In this document: positions 12,553-24,300 of the stretch, piece by piece
How positions within the stretch are numbered: the first letter of the stretch is position 1
Layout of the letters: each line of letters opens with the position of its first letter
NCBI RefSeq assembly: GCF_009914755.1
Contig: NC_060938.1
From: the human T2T-CHM13v2.0 reference genome, Homo sapiens
Strand: one strand, 5' to 3'
Length of the DNA stretch: 64,000 nucleotides
Position numbers and translations under genes: made by a program
Notes under the pieces: model-generated
Told to the model about the DNA's origin: nothing
What the model saw: only the letters and a program-made list of their open reading frames with translations
The model's database searches: none

Positions 12553-14830
12553 TGATATGGTTTGTCTGTGTTCCCACCCAAAATGTCATTTTGAATTGTT
12601 ATCCTCATAATCCCTATGTGTCAAGGGCAGAACCAGTTGGAGGTAATCAAATCATGGGGGTAGTTTCCCCCATGTTGTTCTCGTGATAATGAGTTCTCAT
12701 GACATCTGATGGTTTTATAAGTGTCTGGCACTTCCCCTGCTTACACTCACTCTGTCCTGCCACCCTGTGAAGAAGGTGCCTGCTTCTTATTTGCCTTCCA
12801 CCATGATTTTAAGTTTCCTGAGGCCCCCCCCACCAATGTAGAAGTGTGAGTCAATTAAACCTCTTTCTTTTATAAATTACCCAGTGTTGGGTATTTCTTC
12901 ATAGCAGTGTGAGGATGAACTAATACAGTAAGTTGGTACTGAGAGTTGGGTGCTGCTATAAGGCCTGGAAATGTGAAAGTGACTTTGGAACTGGGTAGCA
13001 GGCAGAGGTTAGAACAGATTGGAGGGATGAGAAGAAGACAGGAAAATCTGGGAAAGTTTGGAACTTCCTAGAGACTTGTTGAATGGCTTTGACAAAATGC
13101 TGATAGTTATATGGACAATGAAGTCCAGGCTGAAATGGTCTCAGATGCAGATGAGAAACTTGTTGGGAACTGGAGTAAAATTCACTCTTGCTATGCTTTA
13201 GCATAGAGACTGGCAGCATTTTGCCCCTTCCCCAGAGATCTGTGGAACTTTGAACTTGAGAGAGATGATTTAGGATATCTGGCAGAAGAATTTCTAAGCA
13301 GCAAAGCATTCAAGAGGTGAACAGAGAATAGAAGTTTGGAAAATCTGCAGCCTGATGATGCAATAGAAAATAAAACCCCATTTTCTGAAGAGAAATTCAA
13401 GCATGCTGCAGAAATTAGCATGAGCAACAAGAAGCCAAATGTTAATTGCCAAGAAAATGGGAAAAATGTCTCCAGGACATGTCAGAGACCTTTGTGGCAG
13501 CCCCTCCCATCACAGGCCTGGCGGCCTAGGAGGAAAAAAGGTTTTGTGGGGTGAGCCCAGGGCCCTCTTGCTCTGTGCATCTTCAGGACATGGTGCCCTG
13601 TATCCCAGCTGGTTCAACTTCAGCCATGGCTAAAAGAAGCCAAGATACAGCTTAGGCCGTTGCTTCAGAGGGTGTTACCTCAGAGTCCTGGCAACTTTCA
13701 TGTGGTGTTGGGCCTGTGGGTGCACAGAAGTCAGTAACGGAGGGTTGGGAACCTCCACCTAGATTTCAGAGGATGTATGGAAATGCCTAGATGTCCAGGC
13801 AAAAGTTTGCTGCAGGGATGAAGCCCTCATGGAGAATTTCTGCTAGGGCAGTGCAAAGGAAAATGTGGGGTGTGAGCCCCCAGAGTCCCCACTGGGGCAC
13901 TGCCTAGTGGAGTGTTGAGAAAAGGGCCACTGTTTTCCAGACCCAAGAATGGTAGAGCTACTGACAGCTTACACCGTGTGCCTGGAAAAGCCACAGATAC
14001 TCAAGGACAGCCAGTGAAAGCAGCCAGGGGGGCAGGGGAATTGGACTCTGCCGAACTACAGGGATGGACCTGTCCAAGGCCCTGGGAGCCCACCTTTTGC
14101 ATCAGCATGACTTGGATGTGAGACATGGAGTCAAAGATCATTTTGGAACTTTAAGGTTTAATGACTGCCCTATTGGATTTTGGACTTGCATGGGGCTTAT
14201 AGCCCCTTTGTTTTGGCCAATTTCTTCCATTTGGAATGGGTATATTTACCCAATGCCTGTATCCCCATTGTATTTAGGAAGTAACTAACTTACTTTTTAT
14301 TTTACAGGCTTATAAGTGGAAGGGACTTGCATTGTTCTAGATGAGACTTTGGACTTGGACTTTTGGGTTAATGCTGGAATGAGTCAAGACTTTGGGGTAC
14401 TGTTGGAAAGGCATGATTGTGTTTTGGAATGTGAGGACATGAGATTTGGGAGGGGCCAGTGGTGGAATAATATAGTTTGGCTGTGTCCCCACCCAAAATG
14501 TCATTTTGAATTGTTATCCTCATAATCCCTATGTGTCAAGGGCAGAACCAGTTGGAGGTAATCAAATCATGGGGGTAGTTTCCCCCATGTTGTTCTCGTG
14601 ATAATGAGTTCCCATGACATCTGATGGTTTTATAAGCATCTGGCATTTCTCCCGCTTACACTCACTCTGTCCTACTGCCCTGTGAAGAAGATGTCTGCCT
14701 TCCACCAAGATTGTCAGTTTCCTGAGGCCTCTCTAGAAATGTGGAACTGTGAGTCAATTAAACCTGTTTCCTTTATAAATTACCAAGTCTTGGGTATTTC
14801 TTCATACGAGCGTGAGAATGGACTAATACA
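12553..14830 (+). mobile_element. Complete THE1C-like MaLR provirus: 5' LTR 12553-12927, internal region 12928-14467, 3' LTR 14468-14830
   Basis: Two direct LTRs (TGATATGG.../TAATATAG...CTAATACA). Internal region begins GTAAGTTGGTACT and ends with purine tract GGGAGGGGCCAGTGGTGGAA. TSD degenerate (AGGAA/AGGCT). Confidence 0.93.
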
Positions 14831-15015
14831 AGGCTATATATCAATGAAACCTAACTAAGCCAGGGACATGGGTGAGAATTTTTTTTCCCAGTGTTTGACA
14901 CTCAAAGTAAGAATGATTCGTAAATAGATGGTAATATGCGCAAGTAGTGGAAATTGCACTGGCAAAGATTCCATGAAGAAGGAAGAATGGCCTGTTTAAA
15001 GAATGGAAAGGATCA

Positions 15016-15315
15016 GGCTGGGTGCAGTGGCTCATGCCTGTAATCCCAGCACTTTGGGAGTCCAAGGCAGGTGGATTACCTGAGGTCAGGATTTCAAGAC
15101 CAGCCAGGCCAACATGGTGAAACCCTCTCTGTACTAAAAATACAAAAATTATCCGGAAATGGTGGCATGTGTCTGTAGTCCTAGCTGCTTGGGAGGTCAA
15201 GGCAGGAGAATCTCTTGAACCCAGGAGGCAGAGGTTGCAGTGAGCCAAGATTCTGCCATTGCACTCCAACCTGGGCAACAGAGTGAGACTCCATCTCAAA
15301 AAAAAAAAAAAAAAA
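15016..15315 (+). mobile_element. AluS (Sx/Sz-like), full length with poly(A)
   Basis: GGCTGGGTGCAGTGGCTCATGCC...ACCTGAGGTCAGG...CCATCTC-A18. TSD AATGGAAAGGATC on both sides. Confidence 0.95.
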
Positions 15316-15629
15316 TGGAAAGGATCCAGTATGGTTTGAATTTAAAGACAGAAGAGGAAATGGAAAGAAATAATTCTTTAGAGTTAATCAAAGATAGTAC
15401 AGAGTCATGTAAACCATGCTAATAGTTTGGTCTTTATTCCAGTAATAAGAAATATCCACTAAATAGGTGGCTAAATTCATCAGTCATGTGTCCATGTTCA
15501 TCATAAAGAGGTTACTCTGGCCAGCAGTTTCTATTACAATCTACCAGTCATGTTTGGCCAATTCCCACAAATCAGATGGTTGCATTTTCCCTATTATCTT
15601 CAGGTTTCTTCTTTTTGTTTATTCCTCCC

Positions 15630-16042
15630 TTTTATGGACTGAATTGTGTCCTCCTCTTCCCTCAAATTCGTATGTCAAAGCCTTAATCTTCAGTACTTTA
15701 GAATGACTGCAATGGAATTAGAGCCTGTAAAGAGGTAATTAATTTAAAATGAAGCCATTAGAGTAGGCCCTAATCTAATCTGACTCACTGACATTTTTAT
15801 AAAAAGAAGAGATTAGGATATATAGATAAATATCAGAGTTGTCCATGAACAGAGTAAAACCATGTGAGAATACAATGAAAAGGCGGCTATCAGTAAGCCA
15901 GAGAGAAGGGCCTCAAGAGAAACTAAATCAGCTAGCACCTTGATCTTGAACTTCCAGCCCCCTAAACTGTGAGAAATAATTTTCTATTGTTGAAGCCATC
16001 CAGTCTGTAGTATTTTTATGGCAACCCTACCAAACAAATATA
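15630..16042 (+). mobile_element. MLT1B-like MaLR solo LTR
   Basis: TTATGGACTGAATTGTGTCC...GGCCCTAATCTAATCTGACT...CACCTTGATCTTGAACTTCCAGCC...AAGCCATCCAGTCTGTAGTATTT. Confidence 0.8.
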
Positions 16043-18180
16043 CCCCCCTCTCTTTTTGTCTTTTCTATTTTTAAATATTAAATCTGCACCCCTGTCAGTG
16101 GAAATTATCATGATAAACCATTTGATATTGAAAAGATTGTGAGTTATTATTTTGGGGCTCCTCTAACATGCTATTTTCCAAAGGTTATTGATTATAGCTA
16201 AAATAAATTCAGTTTGGCAAACAAACATTAATGTGGTATCATGTCCTGTGACTTTGATTTTAGCAAAGCTCCTATTGAAGCCCTGGAATTCAAGCCTGAG
16301 TACTAGTTCACCATTCACAGCCTTGTAGTTGGAGCACTTGGATAGTTCTAATAATTCCTTGCATGACTCTCAATAATTAATGCTTTGGTTGTTTTGAATG
16401 TTTCAATACCAAAAAAAAAAACCTTACACCAAGTGTCAGATGTTCAAATTATAATACCAAATAGATGTTCTGCAGTAATTTACATGAAATTAATTCTATC
16501 CAGAGTTCTGGTAAAAATTAGAAACCATTTACATGCTGGGCTGTGGTAGTTTATGTGTCACTAGACCCCTGTCTCTGCAACCATTTTCTCTTAAATCTTT
16601 GCAGTCCATTAATATTTTGTACTCACTTAGTCTCTTGATGGCTCTGATGATTCTTAATTGAATTTCTCATAGGCAGTCCCAGTGGTAGGTTTGTTACAAC
16701 TAACAACTAATAATGATATGCCATTATGGGTAAAATAACTACTCTCACTTTAATTATTAATAATAATAGTAATGTCTTTCTAGTTACTTCTAAGAAAACA
16801 TGAAAGTACATTGATTAATTAACAGACCATTCCAGCATATAAAGCATAGTTTAAAATTTTTTTTTATGTATTTACGTTTAACTTCAGGTGCCCTGGATTG
16901 AGTTAATCATATTCCTCTAGCACCTGGAGCATTAGTACGGATCTGCCAGATCTGCCAATGAACCTCTGTATTTTATTTATGCATTTGTTTATTTTCTCAT
17001 AGGCAATATTCCAAATGTGATTTTTTAAAAAAATTATTTGTTTTGGTTGTCATAAAACTTGTACACATCTTTTTTTTGCACAGTTGCTATATTCTCTATG
17101 TGTTCTATTTTGTTTTCTTTCAGCAGTGTTTCTTAGGACCATTTTTCTTTTTTAAAAACGAATGAAATTGTTTATAACCTCTCATTTGGGAAAAGAATAC
17201 AAACAACAAAGCCTCTATGGTATATTATGCTTACTGCTCCCCTGGTCTGATGTCCAATTAAGCAAGTGATGCTCCTATGCTACCTATGTATGTATAAATG
17301 AAAGCAAGTGATTCTACCTATGTAGAATGAGACAAATCCCAAGCAATATCTTCTTAATGTAACATTTTTCAAATTTAACATTTTAGTAGCTCAGGTACAC
17401 ATTTCTTTTGGAGTACTAAATCTCAAAAGCCCATTGAAAGCTGTCTTGGGTAAGAGAAACATGTATCTGATTAAGACTAAAAATGTTATTAAAGAAGGTA
17501 GAGAGAGGTACTGGCCAACCAACGTAATTATAGTTTCTTGCCTTTTTTAAACAACTGGAAGGATTTGACCATGCATGTGCTTCTATTGGAGAGTAGAGTA
17601 GGTAAGCATCAGTTAAGATTCATTCTATGGCTTCACAGAAGACAGTAAATAGCAGCAGGGCACTCAAAGTAACCCCAGAGTAGGGCTCGTGTCTATGGAC
17701 TTGGGTTATATGGGTATTAGTCTAAGCTAGGAATAGCAATATTTGGCTGCATCTATTCAGGAGATGCAGGAAAGTGGAGAGTAAAACACAGAAGCAGTTC
17801 ATCTCAAATCTTTTGTATCTACCTAGAAAAGGAAGTAAATGGCTAATGGTATAGGTAAGGTGTTTTGGCTTTGCAGATTGAAATTGCCCATAAATTCAAT
17901 GCATTTACATGAAATCTGTCTGCAAATGTTATGGGCATTATTTATATAATTTTTTCTGTTACTTAAAACTATTAATATAATTCAATGATAAGAGTGCTTG
18001 TCTTGATTTCAGGTATTCTGAGAAAAGCTAGAAGAGAAAATAGAATGAGACACATCCCAAGCAGTATCCTCTTAAGTAGATTTTCCAGGGGGATTAATGT
18101 GCAAACAGCCACATGTTTTATGTACTTATGGATAAGTAGATGAATGCTCTCTGTGGGTGGTACAGCGTGTTTGGCCAGAA

Positions 18181-18398
18181 TAAGGGTCAGCAGACTACAG
18201 TGTGTGGGTTATATTTGGCCAGCTGCCTGTTTTTATAAATGGGGTTTTATTGGAACACAGCAACACTCATTTGTTTACAGATCAGCTATGGCTGCTTTTG
18301 TGATAAAATTGCAGTGCTGAGTAGTTGCAACAGAGACTGTTTGGCTTGCAAAGCCTAAAATATTTATTCTGGCTTTTTACAAGCTTGACAATCCTTTG
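18181..18398 (+). mobile_element. MER58A hAT-Charlie MITE
   Basis: GTTTTATTGGAACACAGC...CTATGGCTGCTTT...GAGTAGTTGCAACAGAGAC...GCAAAGCCTAAAATATTTA. Confidence 0.85.
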
Positions 18399-20567
18399 AC
18401 TAAATCAAACCAAGTCAAGTTTCAGAAGTGAGTATAAACCAAAATGAAGAAGACTGGATAAAAAACAAAATTTGAGAAGAGGTTAATCTTAACTCTTAGC
18501 ATCATATTGAGGGTGAATCCTGACAATCTAGGGAAAGTAGAAGTAGATTGATAATGGGCCTGACTTAGGGATGAATAGATAAAGAACCCAAATGTAGGTA
18601 TGTAGATTAGAAATAATCTGTACAGACAATGAGCTAAGTTGAATTTTGTAGCTTTCATGTGTGATTTGGCAACTATTTGCAGTCTTCATATTTTGGTTAT
18701 TGAAATGACAAAGAAGTTGTAATTGAGTCTGTAGGCACTTAGTTTCTGAGTATATCCTCAGAATTTAGGTGCTAGGAACAAAGGCACAAAGTTAATGCAA
18801 CATCAGTTTATTTGCTAACAAAAATTGCAGGTGAGCAAGGCTAGCCCTTCATATTCACTGTATATTTCTTATTTTCACATGTCATGTGCTCTGGTAAGTG
18901 ACTATAAAGGAAAAATGGTAGGTTTCCTTATTCTAGTGAAAAAAAACACACTCAACTTGGGGTGGAAGTATGGTCTGAGAATTACTCTTTTAGGAACAAT
19001 ATTTTCAGCAGAAAAGGTTATCTCCTAGAAAAAATTATGAAGACCCTTTGTGAATGCTCCTGAGTTTCTAGTGTTCCTCTAGCCAAACCCTCTGTATGAA
19101 AACCTCAGCTCATTTCAAACAAGCTGATTTCCAGTTAGAAGTCAGGTAAAGAGAAATTTAAATGAATTCAAATACAAGACATCTAATTATAAGCCTGAAT
19201 TAAATATGCCAATAACAAGTATTAACTGCCCTCATAAGGCTGGGACTGTGAGTATAGGTAAGGAGGATACTGAAGAGTAGTTCTACATTCATTTCAGTTA
19301 AGAATAAAATTTCTAAAAACCTCTCTCTTAAATTATAATTGCCTGACCTTTAGTTAGATGTCAAACATAAAGTCTGAAGTTTTACACTGGCATATTATTA
19401 TCTAATATTTTATAGTGGCATCTTTTTAAAAGGATAAGGGTATAAATGGATGGAGTATATATTTTGAGAAGACAGGAATCCGACTGATTGTTACATGCGG
19501 TGAAGTGTTTATATGGTCTAACTTTGGAAAGTGATTTTAATGTTAAAGGCAGAAAAATTAAACACATTTCCTGAAATGCCTCAATTTTAACTAGAAACTT
19601 CATTGACAAATTCTAAGAAGCAGCTTCACAGTTAAGCAAAACTTTCTAATTTCTGTGTACCTGTGCTTTGCAATAATATATATGTAATAGTCTGGAGAAA
19701 GTTGTATGCAGTTTTGGGCTTCTGTTTATGGTCATGTGACCATTTGGAATCTTAGGTGAGTTTGTAATATTAATTAGAAATATGTGTGATTGTTATTACT
19801 TTGAATGAAGAAAGAGCAACTTCTAGATTATTTTAAAAGTTTCAAAATATTTCTTACTTTAACAGAATAATCATAGATATTTTTATAAGATTTATTTAGT
19901 TAAAGTAAAAGTAGAGGACAATGAATTAGAAAGAATTGAAGGGATCAGGGCCTCCTGTTTCTGCTTTTGACACGGTGCTGGATATAAAGAATGCTGGACA
20001 CATATGAAACCAGGCTAATATTATGAAATAAAGAGGCTCTTTTCAGCCATTATTGCTGTAGTTCAATACTCACTGAGGAGGCTGAGCTTGGCAGTGAGAG
20101 CTGGGCTGGCTAAACTTAAATGGGAAAGGCTGCGGTGCCACTATGATTAGATTAATCCTATTTATAGAAATATTATTTATAATTCATATTTTAGCACCTC
20201 GGGGAAGAACAGCAACAAAGTCTAAAATCCTAATGACGCTTTGGCAATACGTGGAATATGATACTTACGACTATTGCTAATCCTTGTATTTCATCTTTAA
20301 TTTCAGGGATAGTATCTTTTTTGTTAGCAATTTCTAATCTTCAAACAAAACTCATTTCTCACCCAAAAACGTCAATACTATTAATGTGAAGATCTCCTTT
20401 AGTGTCCTCTAACATCCCATGATCCTCAGTAATAGGCCTCAGCTTTCAGCCATAGCTTTGAATAATAGCAGTGTTCACTTTGCAATGTTAACGCCTGTCC
20501 TCCTAGGCCACATTGAGTTCCAGGGATTAGCAACATGAACATATCTTTTTATGTCACCTATTTTAAT

Positions 20568-20851
20568 GCTGTGGTCTGAATGTTTGTGTCCCTGCTAAAA
20601 TTCATATATTGAAACCTAATCATCAAGATGATGGTCTTACAAGGTAGGGCTTTGTGAAGTGATTAGGTCATTGATGGCTCCACCCTTGTGAATGGGATTA
20701 AAGATCTTATAAAAGAGGCTCATAGAGCTGCTTTCTCCTGCTATGTGAGGACCATCTTTGAAAAAGAAAATAGGCAGTCACCAGAGACCATATCTGCTGG
20801 AATTAACCAGCCTTAAGTTCTTGATTATAGCATCCTGAAATGATTAGGACA
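20568..20851 (+). mobile_element. MLT1A-like MaLR solo LTR (internally deleted)
   Basis: TGCTGTGGTCTGAATGTTTGTGTCCC...GTGATTAGGTCAT...GAATGGGATTA...CTTATAAAAGAGG...TTATAGCA. Confidence 0.75.
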
Positions 20852-21199
20852 CCTCATGAAGCCACTTTGTTTTATTTGGCTTTTTTATAAGGCAACTACA
20901 GAAAAAAAGTAACCAAATTCATCTTATTTTTTAAAGCAAGTTGTCAATGCTGTGGAATAAATTTTCAATATCTATTCAAACTAAACAGGGTTTTCCAATA
21001 AGTCATGCCTATTTTCTTTTTTCATTTTATAAAATAATCTACCTAAATAAAAATAAAAGCCTATGTTAAGAGCATTTTTTTTTTCTAATTTTTTTTTCAG
21101 TTTACAGTTCAACATGATAATAGCTTGGGATTTGTTTCTCCTTCATGTGGGTATATATTGACCCTCACAGTTTCTGGAAGCAGACAAAGTTGTAATTGT

Positions 21200-21300
21200 A
21201 CTTACTTGGGAAAGACTACTTAACTTTTCTAGGTCTTAATTTTCTCATTTATAAAGTGGGATGTTGTGAGCCTCAATTGAGGCAATGTACATGCAATATA
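21200..21300 (+). mobile_element. MIR fragment
   Basis: CTTGGGAAAGACTACTTAAC...TTTTCTCATTTATAAAGTGGG. Confidence 0.5.
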
Positions 21301-21315
21301 AAGATGATTAGGACA

Positions 21316-24300
21316 TTATTTACTTATTTTTATTTATTTCATTTTTTATTATACTTTAAGTTCTGGGATACATGTGCAGAATGTGCAGGTTTGTTACATA
21401 GGCATACATGTGCCATGGTGGTTTGCTACACCCAACAACCCGTCATCTACATTAGGTATTCCTCCTAATGCTATCCCTCCCCTTGACCCTTACCCCCGAC
21501 ACGCCCTTGTGTGTGATGTTTACCTCTCTGAGTCCATGTGTTCTCATTGCATGTGTCTTTATAGTAGAATGATTTATAGTCCTTTGGGTATATACTCAGT
21601 AATGGGATTGCTGGGTCAAATGTATTTCTGATTCTAGATCCTTGAGGAATCGCCACACTGTCTTCCACAATGGTTGAACTAATTTACATTCCCACCAACA
21701 GTGTAAAGGCATTCCTATTTCTCCACATCCTTTCCAGCATCTGTTGTTTCCTGACTTTAATGATGGCCATTCTAACTGCAGTGAGATGGTATCTCATTGT
21801 AGTTTTGATCTGCATTTCTCTAATGACCAATGATGATGAGCATTTTTTCATATGTTTGTTGGCTGCATAAATACCTTCCTTTGAGAAGTGTCTGTTCATA
21901 TCCTTTGCTCACTTTTTGATGGGGTTGTTTGTTTTTTTCTTGTAAATTTGTTTAAGTTCCTTGTAGATTCTGGATATTAGCCCTTTGGCAGATGGATAGA
22001 TTGCAAAAACTTTCTCCCATTCTGTAGGTTGCCTGTTCAGTCTGATGAGAGTTTCTTTTGCTTTTATTTTTATCCTGAGACTTTGCTGGAGTTGCTTATC
22101 AGCTTAAGGAGTTTTGGGCCTGAGACAATGGGGTTTTCTAAATATAAAATCATGTCATCTGCAAACAGTGACAATTTGACTTCCTCTCTTCCTATTTGAA
22201 TATGCTTCATTTCTTTCTCTTGCCTGATTGCCCTGGCCAGAACTTTCAATACTATGTTGAATAGGAGTGGTGAGAGAGGGCATCCTTATCTTGTGCTGGT
22301 TTTCAAAGGGAATGCTTCCAGTTTTTGCCCATTCAGTATGATATTGGATTTGGGTTTGTCATAGATAGCTCTTATTATTTTGAGATATGTTCCATCAATA
22401 CCTAGTTTATTGAGTGTTTTTATCATGAAGGTGTGTTGAATTTTATTGAAGGTCTTTTCTGCATCTATTGAGATAATTATGTGGTTTTTGTCATTGGTTC
22501 TGTTTATGTGATGGATTACCTTTATTGATTTGCGTATGTTGAACCAGCCTTGCATCCCAGGGATGAAGCCTACTTGATTATGGTGGATAAGCTTTTTGAT
22601 GTGCTGCTAGATTCAATTTGCCAGTATTTTATTGAGGATTGTTGCATTGATGTCCATCAGGGACAATGGCCTGAAATATTCTTTTTTTTTGTGGTGTCTC
22701 TGCCAGGTTTTGGTATAAGGATGATGCTGGCCTCATAAAAAGAGGGAGGATTCCCTCTTTTTCTATTGTTTGGAATAGTTTCAGAAGGAATGGTATCAGC
22801 TCCTCTTTGTACCTCTGGTAGAATTTGGCTGTGAATCTGTCTGGTCCTGCGTTTTTTTGCTTGGTAGGCTATTAATGACTGCCTCAATTTCAGAATTTGT
22901 TATTGGTCTATTCAGGGATTCGACTTCTTCCTGGTTTAATCTTCGGAGGGTGTCTGTGTCCAGGAATTTATCCATTTCTTCTAGATTTTCTAGTTTATTT
23001 GTGTAGAAGTGTTTGTAGTATTCCCTGATGGTAGTTTGTATTTCTGAGGGATCAGTGGTGATACCCCCTTTATCATTTTTATTGTGTTTATTTGATTGAT
23101 CTCTCTTTTCTTCTTTATTAGTCTGGCTAGCGATCTATCTATTTTGTTAATCTTTTCAAAAAACCAACTCCTGGATTCATTGAGTTTTTGAAGGGTTTTT
23201 CGTGTCTCTATCTCCTTCAGTTGTGCTCTGATCTTAGTTATTTCTTGTCTTCTGCTAGCTTTTGAGTTTGTTTGCTCTTGCTTCTCTAGTTCTTTTAATT
23301 GAGATATTAGGGTGTCAGTTTTAGATCTTTCCTGCTTTCTCTTGTGGGCATTTAGTTCTATAAATTTTCCTCTAAACACTGCTTTAGCTATGTCACAGAG
23401 ATTCCGGTATGTTGTGTCTTTGTTCTCATTGGTTTCAAAGAACTTATTTATTTCTGCCTTAATTTTGTTATTTACCCAGTAGTCACTCAGGAGCAGGTTG
23501 TTCAGTTTCCATGTAGTTGAGCCATGTTGAGTGAGTTTCTTAATCCTGAGTTTTAATTTGATTGCACTGTGGTCTGAGGGACCACAGTTGTTATGATTTC
23601 CATTCTTTTGCATTTGCTGAGGAGTGTTTTATTTCCAATTATGTGGTCAATTTTAGAATAAGTGCTTTGTGGTGCTGAGAAGAATGTATATTCTGTTGAT
23701 TCGGGGTGGAGAGTTCCGTAGATGCCTATTAGGTCCACTTGGTCTAGAGCTGAGTTCAAGTCCTGAATATCCTTGATAATATTCTATCTCATTGATCTGC
23801 CTAACATTGACAATGGGGTGTTAAAGTCTCCCACTATTATTGTTTGGGAGTCTAAGGCTCTTTGTAGGTCTCTAAGAACTTGCTTTATGAATCTGGGTGC
23901 TCCTGTATTGGGTGCATATATATTTAGGATAGATAGCTCTTCTTGTTGCATTGATCCCTCTTCCATTGTGTAATGCCCTTCTTTGTTTTTTTTTTGATCT
24001 TTGTTGATTTAAAGTCTGTTTTATCAGAGACTAGGATTGCAACCCCTCCTTGTTTGTTGCTTTCCATTTGCTTGGTAAATATTCCGCCATCCCTTTGTTT
24101 TGAACCTATGTGTGTCTTTGCACATGAGATGGGTCTCCTGAATACAGCATACAGATGGGTCTTGATTCTTTATCCAGTTTGCCAGTGTGTGTCTTTTAAT
24201 TGGGGCATTTAGTCCATTTTCATTTAAGGTTAATATTGTTATGTGTGAATTTGATCCTGTCATTATGATGCTAGCTGCTTATTTTGCACATTAATTGATG

